This document shows, one piece after another, positions 11,818-27,240 of a stretch of 64,000 nt of DNA. The DNA is from Pecten maximus. Its lineage: Eukaryota. The DNA is taken from contig NC_047018.1 in assembly GCF_902652985.1 (NCBI RefSeq), forward strand, positions 43,772,001-43,836,000. The letters are read 5' to 3'. A model generated the notes under the pieces. It ran no database searches, had not been told where the DNA came from, and saw nothing but the letters and a program-made list of their open reading frames with translations. Numbering within the stretch: position 1 is the first letter of the stretch; every line of letters begins with the position of its first letter. The position numbers and the translations under genes are program-made.

Positions 11818-13502
11818 CACTCATTCACAAAAAGTCGTCGGCGAAGCAACATGTGGAATGTGGCGTAGCTGTCTATATCATTACTGGTGTACCCAGCTAG
11901 CAGTTGTTGTGACAAGGTTTGATGAATGCGCACACACACATCACAGTAACACTACGGGATATCGAAGTGTACCAGAGATTAACATTGTGTAGGCTTAATC
12001 CAAGGGTGGAAATTAAAACAATATCTTGATTGTGTGCTTTGGAAGGACATGTTAGTGTTTAAACAATTAAACAAACTAATCTGAAACTATCTTTAGATAA
12101 AACCATCTAATTGACTATTAATAGCTGATATAACACAACAAAACATCACAGCGATTGGAAGTCGTCTGACATGTGACGCTTCATTAGGATTTATTTATGA
12201 CGCTAGATCAAGGTTTACTAGTCACTAAAGTAAAGCTGTTGGGCGTCGTCTGTTGAACACATTTGTTATGAAAGTCAATAAACAGTTTATATTAATTAGT
12301 CAAATAATATACTACAACAAACAAAATAACATAAAGCAGTATTTGTACACATGGCAGTGTTATCCTTACGTGATACATTTGTTTAACATTACACCAAAAG
12401 TCATAGATTACAATTGGATAATTAACATAGACGGTTTAATGTAGAATATTTATCATAATTAAAATTACCACAGTTTTATTGTATTTTAGAAAGTAATAAA
12501 TCATCTATATGAATTGTATACACTACTAAGTACTTGAGATCTTGAGAGATCATTTGACAGGGAAAGTTCAACAAGGTATAACAGTTCTGAATCCTGACCC
12601 TCTGACCGTACCTACATCACATAGTTTCACGCGTCATAAGAGGTCAGTTGTTTAATTAGGTGCAACTGAATTTAAATCAGGATGGGTAACCAGGGACCGG
12701 GCTTCCTAGTACTAGAATCTATAAATAGAGATGATGAACCGTATAAGGTTAGTATATACCGGCCGGCGTATATCTACTATTTGTTCAATTGTCTGGGTAT
12801 TGTGTGAGTGTAAACACTTACTCGGCGTTATGTAGATGATAACACTGCTTAACTTTTAATAATGGGAATATAAAATATGTGTATTAGGGGCGAAAACAAT
12901 ATCAAAATGAATAGCCCAAGCCATGCAGAGTGACAGGAAGGTCTCTCTGGTTCTCCTGCCTAACAACAGGTTAGATCAAATATTCACCATTACTACTAAT
13001 GTATGGGACTACAATGGATTAATCTGTGTTAGAGAAGCTGCCTGTAAAACAGTGCTTATTCAAATATTTAGACAATGTATTGATCTATCACACAAAAAAA
13101 TGAGACAAGGTATTGATTTGTCACACAAACTGTTGCTTTGTGATCGTAAGATTAGCAACAAAACTTACCAATGTGCTTCAAAGCAGTGTGAAGTCGTATT
13201 TTTGTTAAACTTCGAACTTTGTTTAAAACTATTTACACTGATAACAATAGCACATTTCCCTCAGCGCCTCCATTATGGCGTGACAAGCAGTATTGATCTC
13301 TTTGGATAAGAACGACTGCATATCGAATATTAGATAAATCTGTTTGGCTAGGAATTTCATCATCTCGTAGAGAAACATCAGTTTCATATATTTGCAATAT
13401 ATCAATATCAGAAACTAATAGAACAACACGCTAGAAATAGATCGATGCTAGTTCGGTACTGACTGTCGTTTGGATAACACGAACTTATGGCTTCAAAATT
13501 AG

Positions 13503-16500
13503 CTGACAATACACAATCTACCAGGTAACGGTCAGTCTTGGTAACTAACAATACACCATTTACCAGGTTACGATAAGTCTTGGTAACTAACAATACACCA
13601 TTTACCAGGTTACGATAAGTCTTGGTAACTGCCAATACACCATCTACCAGGTTACGTTCAGTCTTGGTAACTAACAATACACCATTTACCAGGTTACGAT
13701 AAGTCTTGGTAACTGCCAATACACCATCTACAAGGTTATGGTCAGTCTTGGTAACTAACAATACACCATCTACAAGGTTATGGTCAGTCTTGGTAACTGC
13801 CAATACACCATCTACAAGATTATGGTCAGTCTTGGTAACTGCCAATACACCATCTACCAGGTTACGATAAGTCTTGGTAACTGCCAATACACCATCTACA
13901 AGGTTACGGTCAGTCTTGGTAACTAACAATACACCATCTACCAGGTTACGGTCAGTCTTGGTAACTGACAATAAACCATCTACAAGGTTACGGTCAGTCT
14001 TGGTAACTGACAATAACAATCTACAAGGTTACGGTCAGTCTTGGTAACTAAAAATACACCATCTACAAGGTTACGGTCAGTCTTGGTAACTGACAATAAA
14101 GCATCTATAGGGTTACGGTCAGTCTTGATAACTGCCAATACACCATCTACCAGGTTACGATAAGTCTTGCTAACTGACAATACACCATTTACAAGGTTAC
14201 GGTCAGTCTTTCTAACTGACAATACACCATTTACAAGGTCACGGTCAGTCTTGGTAACTAATAATACGCCATCTACAAGGTTATGGTAAGTCTTGGTAAC
14301 TAACAATACACCATCTACAAGGTTATGGTCAGTCTTGGTAACTGCCAATACACCATTTAAAAGGTTACGGTCAGTCTTGATAACTGACAATACACCATCT
14401 ACCAGGTTACGGTCAGTCTTGGTAACTAACAATACACCTTCTACAAGGTTACGGTCAGTCTTGGTAACTAACAAAACACCATTTACAAGGTTACGGTCAG
14501 TCTTGATAACTGACAATACACCATCTACAAGGTTACGGTCAGTCTTGGTAACTAACAATACACTTTCTACAAGGTTACTGTCAGTCTTGGTAACTAACAA
14601 TACACCATCTACAAGGTTATGGTCAGTCTTGGTAACTGACAATACACCATCTACCAGGTTACGGTCAGTCTTGGTAACTGACCATAACCATCTACAAGGT
14701 TACGGTCAGTCTTGGTAACTAACAATACACCATCTACAAGGTTACGGTCAGTCTTGGTAACTAACAATACACCATCTACAAGGTTACGGTCAGTCTTGGT
14801 AACTAACAATACACCATCTACAAGGTTACGGTCAGTCTTGATAACTGACAATACACCTTCTATAAGGTTACTGTCAGTCTTGGTAACTAACAATACACCA
14901 TCTACAAGGTTACGGTCAGTCTTGGTAACTAACAATACACCATCTACAAGGTTATGGTCAGTCTTGATAACTGACAATACACCATCTACAAGGTTACGAT
15001 CAGTCTTGGTAACTAACAATACACCATCTACCAGGTTACGATAAGTCTTGGTAACTGCCAATACACCATCTACAAGGTTATGGTCAGTCTTGGTAACTAA
15101 CAATACACCATCTACCAGGTTATGGTCAGTCTTGGTAACTAACAATACACCATCTACCAGGTTACGATAAGTCTTGGTAACTGCCAATACACCATCTACA
15201 AGGTTATGGTCAGTCTTGGTAACTAACAATACACCATCTACCAGGTTACGATCAGTCTTGGTAACTGCCAATACACCATCTACAAGGTTATGGTCAGTCT
15301 TGGTAACTGACAATACACCATCTACAAGTTTATGGTCAGTCTTGGTAACTGCCAATACACCATCTACAAGGTTACGGTCAGTCTTGGTAACTAAAAATAC
15401 ACCATCTACAAGGTTATGGTCAGTCTTGGTAACTAACAATACACCATCTACAAGGTTATGGTCAGTCTTGGTAACTGCCAATACACCATTTACAAGGTTA
15501 CGGTCAGTCTTGATAACTGACAATACACCATCTACCAGGTTACGGTCAGTCTTGGTAACTAACAATACACCTTCTACAAGGTTACGGTCAGTCTTGGTAA
15601 CTAACAAAACACCATTTACAAGGTTACGGTCAGTCTTGATAACTGACAATACACCATCTACCAGGTTACGATCAGTCTTGGTAACTAACAATACACCATC
15701 TACCAGGTTACGGTCAGTCTTGGTAACTGACCATAACCATCTACAAGGTTACGATCAGTCTTGGTAACTGACCATAACCATCTATAAGGTTACGGTCAGT
15801 CTTGGTAACTAACAATACACCATCTACCAGGTTACGCTCAGTCTTGGTAACTAACAATACACCATCTACAAGGTTACGATCAGTCTTGATAACTGACAAT
15901 AACAATCTACAAGGTTACGGTCAGTCTTGGTAACTAACAATACACCATTTACCAGGTTGCGGTCAGTCTTGGTAACTAACAATACACCATCTACAAGGTT
16001 ATGGTCAGTCTTGGTAACTAACAATACACCATATACAAGGTTACGATATGCTTGGTAACTGATAATACACCATCTACCAGGTTACGGTCAGTCTTGGTAA
16101 CTGACAATACACCATCTACAAGGTTACGGTCAGTCTTGGTAACTAACAATACACCATCTACAAGGTTACGGTCAGTCTTGGTAAGTGACAATACACCATC
16201 TACAAGGTTACAACCAGTCTTGCTAACTGACAATACACCATTTACAAGGTTACGGTCAGTCTTGATAACTAACAATACACAATCTACCAGGTTATGGTCA
16301 GTCTTGGTAACTGACAATACACCATTTACAAGGTTACGATAAGTCTTGGTAACTGACAATACACTATCTACCAGGTTACGGGCAGTCTTGGTAACTAACA
16401 ATACACCATCTACCAGGTTACGGTCAGTCTTGGTAACTGCCAATACACCATCTACAAGGTTATGATCAGTCTTGGTAACTGACAATAACCATCTACGAGG

Positions 16501-19500
16501 TTATGGTCAATCTTGGTAACTGACAATACACCATCTACAAGGTTATGGTCAGTCTTGGTAACTGACAATACACCATTTACAAGGTTACGATCAGTCTTGG
16601 TAACTAACAATACACCATTTACAAGGTCACGGTCAGTCTTGGTAACTAACAATACACCATCTACAAGGTTACGGTCAGTCTTGGTAACTGACAATACACC
16701 ATTTACAAGGTTACGATCAGTCTTGGTAACTAACAATACACCATTTACAAGGTTACGGTCAGTCTTGGGAACTGCCAATACACCATTTACAAGGTTACGG
16801 TCAGTCTTGGGAACTGCCAATACACCATTTACAAGGTTACGGTCAGTCTTGGTAACTGACAATACACCATCTACAAGGTTACGGTCAGTCTTGGTAACTA
16901 ACAATACACCATCTACAAGGTTACGGTCAGTCTTGGTAACTAACAATACACCATCTACAAGGTTACGGTCAGTCTTGATAACTGACAATACACCTTCTAT
17001 AAGGTTACTGTCAGTCTTGGTAACTAACAATACACCATCTACAAGGTTACGGTCAGTCTTGGTAACTAACAATACACCATCTACAAGGTTATGGTCAGTC
17101 TTGATAACTGACAATACACCATCTACAAGGTTACGATCAGTCTTGGTAACTAACAATACACCATCTACCAGGTTACGATAAGTCTTGGTAACTGCCAATA
17201 CACCATCTACAAGGTTATGGTCAGTCTTGGTAACTAACAATACACCATCTACCAGGTTATGGTCAGTCTTGGTAACTGCCAATACACCATCTACCAGGTT
17301 ACGATCAGTCTTGGTAACTGCCAATACACCATCTACAAGGTTATGGTCAGTCTTGGTAACTGACAATACACCATCTACAAGTTTATGGTCAGTCTTGGTA
17401 ACTGCCAATACACCATCTACAAGGTTACGGTCAGTCTTGGTAACTAAAAATACACCATCTTAAAGGTTACGGTCAGTCTTGGTAACTGACAATACAGCAT
17501 ATATAGGGTTACGGTCAGTCTTGATAACTGCCAATACATCATCTACCAGGTTGCGATAAGTCTTGCTAACTGACAATACACCATTTACAAGGTTACGGTC
17601 AGTCTTGCTAACTGACAATACACCATTTACAAGGTCACGGTCAGTCTTGGTAACTAACAATACGCCATCTACAAGGTTATGGTCAGTCTTGGTAACTAAC
17701 AATACACCATCTACAAGGTTATGGTCAGTCTTGGTAACTGCCAATACACCATTTACAAGGTTACGGTCAGTCTTGATAACTGACAATACACCATCTACCA
17801 GGTTACGGTCAGTCTTGGTAACTAACAAAACACCATTTACAAGGTTACGGTCAGTCTTGATAACTGACAATACACCATCTACAAGGTTACGGTCAGTCTT
17901 GGTAACTAACAATACACCTTCTACAAGGTTACTGTCAGTCTTGGTAACTAACAAGACACCATCTACCAGGTTACGATCAGTCTTGGTAACTAACAATACA
18001 CCATCTACCAGGTTACGGTCAGTCTTGGTAACTGACCATAACCATCTACAAGGTTACGATCAGTCTTGGTAACTGACCATAACCATCTATAAGGTTACGG
18101 TCAGTCTTGGTAACTAACAATACACCATCTACCAGGTTACGGTCAGTCTTGGTAACTAACAATACACCATCTACAAGGTTACGATCAGTCTTGATAACTG
18201 ACAATAACAATCTACAAGGTTACGGTCAGTCTTGGTAACTAACAATACACCATTTACCAGGTTGCGGTCAGTCTTGGTAACTAACAATACACCATCTACA
18301 AGGTTATGGTCAGTCTTGGTAACTAACAATACACCATATACAAGGTTACGATATGCTTGGTAACTGATAATACACCATCTACCAGGTTACGGTCAGTCTT
18401 GGTAACTGACAATACACCATCTACAAGGTTACGGTCAGTCTTGGTAACTGACAATACACCATCTACAAGGTTACGGTCAGTCTTGGTAACTGACAATACA
18501 GCATCTATAGGGTTACGATCAGTCTTGGTAACTGACAATATACCATTTACAAGGTTACGGTCAGTCTTGCTAACTGACAACAACCATTTACAAGGTTACT
18601 GTCAGTCTTGATAACTAACAATACACAATCTACCAGGTTATGGTCTGTCTTGGTAACTGACCATACACCATCTACAAGGTTACAACCAGTCTTGCTAACT
18701 GACAATACACCATTTACAAGGTTACGGTCAGTCTTGATAACTAACAATACACAATCTACCAGGTTATGGTCAGTCTTGGTAACTGACAATACACCATTTA
18801 CAAGGTTACGATAAGTCTTGGTAACTGACAATACATTATCTACCAGGTTATGGTCAGTCTTGGTAACTGCCAATACACCATTTACAAGGTTACGGTCAGT
18901 CTTGATAACTGACAATACACCATCTACCAGGTTACGATCAGTCTTGGTAACTAACAATACACCTTCTACAAGGTTACGGTCAGTCTTGGTAACTAACAAA
19001 ACACCATTTACAAGGTTACGGTCAGTCTTGATAACTGACAATACACCATCTACAAGGTTACGGTCAGTCTTGGTAACTAACAATACACCTTCTACAAGGT
19101 TACTGTCAGTCTTGGTAACTAACAAGACACCATCTACCAGGTTACGATCAGTCTTGGTAACTAACAATACACCATCTACCAGGTTACGGTCAGTCTTGGT
19201 AACTGACCATAACCATCTACAAGGTTACGATCAGTCTTGGTAACTGACCATAACCATCTATAAGGTTACGGTCAGTCTTGGTAACTAACAATACACCATC
19301 TACCAGGTTACGGTCAGTCTTGGTAACTAACAATACACCATCTACAAGGTTACGATCAGTCTTGATAACTGACAATAACAATCTACAAGGTTACGGTCAG
19401 TCTTGGTAACTAACAATACACCATTTACCAGGTTGCGGTCAGTCTTGGTAACTAACAATACACCATTTACCAGGTTGCGGTCAGTCTTGGTAACTAACAA

Positions 19501-22500
19501 TACACCATCTACAAGGTTATGGTCAGTCTTGGTAACTAACAATACACCATATACAAGGTTACGATATGCTTGGTAACTGATAATACACCATCTACCAGGT
19601 TACGGTCAGTCTTGGTAACTGACAATACACCATCTACAAGGTTACGGTCAGTCTTGGTAACTGACAATACACCATCTACAAGGTTACGGTCAGTCTTGGT
19701 AACTGACAATACAGCATCTATAGGGTTACGATCAGTCTTGGTAACTGACAATATACCATTTACAAGGTTACGGTCAGTCTTGCTAACTGACAACAACCAT
19801 TTACAAGGTTACTGTCAGTCTTGATAACTAACAATACACAATCTACCAGGTTATGGTCTGTCTTGGTAACTGACCATACACCATCTACAAGGTTACAACC
19901 AGTCTTGCTAACTGACAATACACCATTTACAAGGTTACGGTCAGTCTTGATAACTAACAATACACAATCTACCAGGTTATGGTCAGTCTTGGTAACTGAC
20001 AATACACCATTTACAAGGTTACGATAAGTCTTGGTAACTGACAATACACTATCTACCAGGTTACGGGCAGTCTTGGTAACTAACAATACACCATCTACCA
20101 GGTTACGGTCAGTCTTGGTAACTGCCAATACACCATCTACAAGGTTATGATCAGTCTTGGTAACTGACAATAACCATCTACGAGGTTATGGTCAGTCTTG
20201 GTAACTGACAATACACCATCTACAAGGTTATGGTCAGTCTTGGTAACTGACAATACACCATTTACAAGGTTACGATCAGTCTTGGTAACTAACAATACAC
20301 CATTTACAAGGTCACGGTCAGTCTTGGTAACTAACAATACACCATCTACAAGGTTACGGTCAGTCTTGGTAACTGACAATACACCATTTACAAGGTTACG
20401 ATCAGTCTTGGTAACTAACAATACACCATTTACAAGGTTACGGTCAGTCTTGGGAACTGCCAATACACCATTTACAAGGTTACGGTCAGTCTTGGGAACT
20501 GCCAATACACCATTTACAAGGTTACGGTCAGTCTTGGTAACTGACAATACACCATCTACAAGGTTACGGTCAGTCTTGGTAACTAACAATACACCATTTA
20601 CAAGGTCACGGTCAGTCTTGGTAACTAACAATACACCATCTACAAGGTTACGGTCAGTCTTGGTAACTGACAATACACCATTTACAAGGTTACGATCAGT
20701 CTTGGTAACTAACAATACACCATTTACAAGGTTACGGTCAGTCTTGGGAACTGCCAATACACCATTTACAAGGTTACGGTCAGTCTTGGGAACTGCCAAT
20801 ACACCATTTACAAGGTTACGGTCAGTCTTGGTAACTGACAATACACCATCTACAAGGTTACGGTCAGTCTTGGTAACTAACAATACACCATCTACAAGGT
20901 TACGGTCAGTCTTGGTAACTAACAATACACCATCTACAAGGTTACGGTCAGTCTTAGTAACTAACAATACACCTTCTACAAGGTTACTGTCAGTCTTGGT
21001 AACTAACAAGACACCATCTACCAGGTTACGATCAGTCTTGGTAACTAACAATACACAATCTACCAGGTTATGGTCAGTCTTGGTAACTGACAATACACCA
21101 TTTACAAGGTTACGATAAGTCTTGGTAACTGACAATACACTATCTACCAGGTTACGGGCAGTCTTGGTAACTAACAATACACCATCTACCAGGTTACGGT
21201 CAGTCTTGGTAACTGCCAATACACCATCTACAAGGTTATGATCAGTCTTGGTAACTGACAATAACCATCTACGAGGTTATGGTCAGTCTTGGTAACTGAC
21301 AATACACCATCTACAAGGTTATGGTCAGTCTTGGTAACTGACAATACACCATTTACAAGGTTACGATCAGTCTTGGTAACTAACAATACACCATTTACAA
21401 GGTCACGGTCAGTCTTGGTAACTAACAATACACCATCTACAAGGTTACGGTCAGTCTTGGTAACTGACAATACACCATTTACAAGGTTACGATCAGTCTT
21501 GGTAACTAACAATACACCATTTACAAGGTTACGGTCAGTCTTGGGAACTGCCAATACACCATTTACAAGGTTACGGTCAGTCTTGGGAACTGCCAATACA
21601 CCATTTACAAGGTTACGGTCAGTCTTGGTAACTGACAATACACCATCTACAAGGTTACGGTCAGTCTTGGTAACTAACAATACACCATCTACAAGGTTAC
21701 GGTCAGTCTTGGTAACTAACAATACACCATCTACAAGGTTACGGTCAGTCTTAGTAACTAACAATACACCATCTACAAGGTTACGATCAGTCTTGGCAAC
21801 TAACAATACACAATCTACCAGGTTATGGTCAGTCTTGGTAACTGACAATACACTATCTACCAGGTTACGGTCAGTCTTGGCAACTAACAATACACAATCT
21901 ACCAGGTTATGGTCAGTCTTGGTAACTGACAATACACCATTTACAAGGTCACGGTCAGTCTTGCTAACTGACAATACACCATTTACAAGGTTACGATAAG
22001 TCTTGGTAACTGACAATACACCATCTACAAGGTTACGAGCAGTCTTGGTAACTAACCATACACCATCTACAAGGTTACGGTCAGTCTTGGTAACTAACAA
22101 TACACCATCTACAAGGTTACGGTCAGTCTTGGTAACTAACCATACACCATCTACAAGGTTATGGTCAGTCTTGGTAACTAACAATACACCATCTACAAGG
22201 TTACGGTCAGTCTTGGTAACTAACCATACACCATCTACAAGGTTACGATAAGTCTTGGTAACTGACAATACACCGTCTACAAGGTTACGGTCAGTCTTGA
22301 TAACTGACAATAATACACCATCTACCAGGTTACGGTCAGTCTTGGTAACTGCCAATACACCATTTACAAGGTTACGGTCAGTCTTGGTAACTAACAATAC
22401 ACCATCTACAAGGTTACGGTCAGTCTTGGTAACTAACAATACACCATCTACCAGGTTACGATATGCTTGGTAACTGATAATACACAATCTACCAGGTTAA

Positions 22501-23186
22501 GATCAGCCTTGGTAACTGACAATACACCATCTAACAGGTTACGGTCAGTCTTGGTAACTGACAATACACCATCTACAAGGTTACGGTCAGTCTTGGTAAC
22601 TGACAATACACCATCTACCAGGTTACGATATGCTTGGTAACTGATAATACACAATCTACCAGTTTAAGATCAGCCTTGGTAACTGACAATACACCATCTA
22701 CAAGGTTACGTCAACCTTGGTTAAAATCCACAATGTTACGTTCAACCAAGAAAACTGAAGTCATTTGTGTATACCATCTCCAAGGTTACGCTCAAACTTG
22801 GGTATACTATCTACATGTACAAGGTTACGGTCAACCTATATAACTGACAGTTCGCCATCTAAAAGGTTACAGTCAATCATGAGAACTGACATTATATCTA
22901 CCACAAGGTTACGGTCAACCTTGAGAACTGAAAATACACAATCTGAAAGGTTACTGTCAACCCTGTGAAGTATAAGGTAAACCTCTGGAACTGACAGTTA
23001 AGCATCTACAGGGTTACGGTCTACCCAGAAAACAGACAGTGTATCATCTACGAGGTTAGGTCAACTTTGGTCACTGACAATACACCAACTACAAGGGCTA
23101 CGGTAAGACTTGTCAACTGATAGTAATGTCATCTACAAGGTTAGCTCAACCTTGGACACTTACAATACACCATCTACAAGGTTGCG
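13503..23186. repeat. 42-bp satellite array (~220+ units) with higher-order duplications
   Basis: Unit AATACACCATCTACAAGGTTACGGTCAGTCTTGGTAACTGAC; homogeneous to ~22710, then degenerate to ~23186; identical variant blocks recur at kb-scale offsets. Confidence 0.97.
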
Positions 23187-26100
23187 AGGTGTGTTATTTT
23201 TTTTGGTTTGCACTATATCATTGTATTTTTTATGATATTCATATGCATCTTTGTCACATGTCCAAGACATGATACTACCTTAAACGGAAGTCATATTCAT
23301 GTTACTGATTATCTATTATTTAAGTGAAACATAATCATATTTCACTTAATTTTACATCTTTTTTTCAAAAATCATGAAAAGTCAACGGTTGTTGATTTTT
23401 TTGAGTGCAAGGTTACGTCAAGGTCAAGGATGAGAGCATTTCAATTTGAAAAATGAAAGTAGACTCATCTGTTACCCAACCATAAACACATGTAACACTA
23501 CCTGGCATCCATTTATTGGGAAGGGACTGTTTTAAACACATTATTACAGAACTGTACTGGGTTTTTTTTTATTCAAATACGTGGTAAATATATTTTAATA
23601 TTATCCACGCATAATTAATGATATACAATTATACACCATGCACATGCCAATTTTACACTGTTCAGTACATACGACTAACGTAACCGTTGATTTACTGGCG
23701 CTATAGGTGAGAAATGATAACATCACCCAAGCGTTTTATGAAGCATGTGATATGTTTTAATCTATTTTTACATTTTTACGGAACTTAAGATAAGTAATCC
23801 AAAGTTTGTGCGTCTAAGACACACAACGACACTAAAAAAGTGCAGTATTATATATGGTGTACTGAATTGTTATAAGTTGTGACCTTTAAACCTCTGCCTA
23901 ATTGTCAAACATCTGACGTCACTGACAGAATCTTTAAATATAACTGTTGACAAGAAGACATGTTCTATATATCATATTATCATATTACGAAAAAATATAT
24001 TAGAATTAATAAAGCTAAAATTTACAAAGTCGTATTAAAGTGCAGTCACGAGCACAGTGTATTTCCTAATCAATTCATCAAATAAATCCGCTTGCATCGT
24101 GAAGGATAATTTATGAGTTCCTATCGTTAAAAAAAGATCGGGTACTGGGTGCAGCTCTTAACAACATATAATTATATCTAGTCTATTTTTTATTTGTTTT
24201 AATTTAGTTTTTTGCTTGATCCGAAATCTAACTTATCAGTATATTTTTGATATGACAAAAATAAGCAGTGAAGTTTCTATGATTTTAAAAATGATACACA
24301 TTTTTTTTTATTCAAAATTGAATTAAGTTGTGTACATCTGAGCGTAGTGTACTTTGCTATATCTTCAATTTTAATAACAGTATATATTTAAACTCTGTTA
24401 ACTTACCGGTTAAAAACCAATGAATTAAATAACTTTGATATTGATCAGAATTCATAAAGCTTCTTAAGAATCGTCAATGGTACATTGAAATGTATTTAAG
24501 ATGTAATCTTAAACAAAGAAATTAATTTCATGCCAGTCGAGATTTTTTCTAAATTAAGTTTTAAAGTTTCACTTAAAATAGGGGTTAAGCTGACAATGCA
24601 TTATGCATATCAGACTTGATATACTACCTTACTAGTGATTGATTTTCTATCAATCAATTACCTTTCTGTTCATTTGATTGGTACCATAAGCGACAAGCGT
24701 AGCCTGCATTCCAATTACTTACAATGCGTGACCTGTTACGTATGTATATATTTAAATCCAAGCCCTGTCAGTCTCAGAATATATCTTAAATACCTATATT
24801 TTCCTCTGGAATTTCAATACATTTCTCTTACGTGTCACAATTCACATTTGCAGGAGAGGCGAAATTAATTTTCCTTCTTTCCAATACTCTATTTTACTTT
24901 TGTTTCAAACTCAACGAAGATGTGTCCTATAATTAGATTACCTTAAAAAGGTGTTTTGTCTGGAAGAGAATAAACACACTACTTAGTATATAAAATCGCT
25001 GATTAGTCACTCCATGTATATATGCACACATTAGGCTTAATTAGTAACCCATTGTTGATCGTGTATGTAATGATTTCCTAAACACACTAGGTAATGAGAC
25101 AGGTAAAACATTGATATAACATCCCTCATTCTATATGATAAAATTTCACACGACAGATTCAGAATGCACCGATGATTCTTATTCACAATTACCGGAACAA
25201 ATGATTCGAATTGGAATCACATTAATTTCACAATAAATCATCAAGTTTGAAATATGTCTTTAAAAAGATACCATCAACGACATTTATAAATACTTTAGAA
25301 TAATAGATAAATACTAAGTAAATCAAACATGGAATAGATAAGAACACTATTTATGTACTGTATATTATACACTATCAGAGTAATTGGTATATTACAATAT
25401 CGTAGACAACACAATACAGAGATAAGGAGTAATGTTGTGCCGTATCTAATATAGTGTGAATTCAATCGGCGATGGCGTCAACTGTTTTCATGCTTAGAGA
25501 TAGGAATTAACACGATTTAGGGACCAGATATACAATCCATTTATACCAGGCTTCATCAGGCTAATTAATGACAAATTAGAGCAAATCCACTGTTTGTTTA
25601 AGATTATTGACAGAAGTAAACGATCGGGTTGGTTTGCTTCAAAATCGTTGACATGTGAATGAACTAATTTTGTACGCACCCCGTTTGTATTACACAAAAT
25701 GTAATGATACTGAATACTGCAGGATAATGATGATTTATTAATGTGTTTGCATAAATAACACTTTTTTTGTATAGCACCTCCGGAATAAGGCTACCGAGTT
25801 CCAAATCTTAAGAGATAGATTTAGTTTTTGTAAAACAGAGTATCCATCAGCTAATAATAGTACCATTCCTAACCTGACTAAACAAACCAGGTTCTAAGAA
25901 ACTCTTCCATATATCTTATTTAAGCATGTGCTTTCTTTAATCAATAAGACTAATTGTATTTTATCATTTCCTTTTTATATCATGAACGTTACATGATATC
26001 ATCTAAAACACTGATATCTACATTAGAACGTTATATAATGAAGATATCAGTTAGCTTCTCATTCACCTTTTAACCTTTTAGTTCAAGTGTGATGTGTTTT

Positions 26101-27240
26101 CTTTCTGTGGGTGTCCTTTTAATCTTGTGTTGTTACCCCTAATGACTGAAATTGTCACTAGGCCGTAAATCAATACTATGCTCTACCATAATGTAGATGT
26201 GCACATGCAGCATTACAATGAACACTTAATGCCATTGTCTCAAACATTACAACTTTTGTTAACTCAATAGTCGGCAGAACATCAATATGATTTCCTCCTA
26301 TCTTATTCCAACAGTTTTTATTATAGAGAAAGTCTCGTTTATTGTATCTTCAAATCAAATACTTTATAAGCCGTTTCTCTCCGCAAATATCAAATATCAA
26401 CTTACGAACTGCCAATTATCCTACTGTAAAACTGTAAACGTGGTTATTTTTCGCGGGAGGGGTGTGTGTGTTTGTTAATTTCGCGATTTCGATATGTAAA
26501 CTATACGCATGGCGGTAATTTTTCCGATCATGTTTTACATTTTTTGTATTTCATTTGTAGTTTCAGATTACGTTAAAGTATTTTTGGGCATCAAATAGTT
26601 TTGCACCTAGCTAAAAGGTAAATAGTAAAAAAAAAAATGAAAAAAAAAAAAATAAAAATAAGAAAGTACGGTCATTAACAAAGCGTGGAGTAGAGCGTAT
26701 ATTGAAATCTGTTCAGAAGAAACCTTAGCTGCAAGAATATTATATTTTATGTCATAAATTCATGAGTATAATCAGTATGTATTTTCAAACTTTCCTCATA
26801 TCAAAAGGCATGGGTTTAAAAGATTATGTAGTGAAAACAGTCACGCATATACGGATGTATTTGCCCAGGCGAGTATATGTTATAGCTGTTGTTCCCGGTG
26901 ATTACAATTTTCATTACTGCACCGAAGTAACCCTGGTCTAGTATTTAAACCTTGTAACACCGTCACCTCATAACTCTCCTTACATAGGTCAGCTAAACAT
27001 AAACATGTAAACACAACAGATGTGCCTAGACGGAAATGATAATACATGCTTAAATGCACAGAGTATTTGCGTAAAAAACAACAAGAATAAAATATACTTA
27101 TCTAAATTGCAGGTAATTCGTTTAATTATAAACAGAATACAGCATATTATGTTTTATTAAGATTGGAAAAAAGAAGATTTTTTTTGTGCTTTTTGCGACC
27201 TTGAAATATGGCATACTACACATTCGCACGATTCAAGTAT

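Noticed and set aside
13408-22843. Long repetitive ORFs (VTKTDRNLVDGVLL / VTDNTPSTRLRSVL) suggesting a beta-solenoid, ice-binding or mucin-like protein
   Set aside because: A 42-bp unit without stops is open on both strands by construction; 41-bp frameshifting units are propagated; there is no unique N- or C-terminal domain or splice context.
13503-23186. CRISPR-like array
   Set aside because: Head-to-tail repeats without unique spacers, no cas genes, eukaryotic context. The same applies to 41.1-41.8 kb, whose two alternating 9-bp segments are not spacers.
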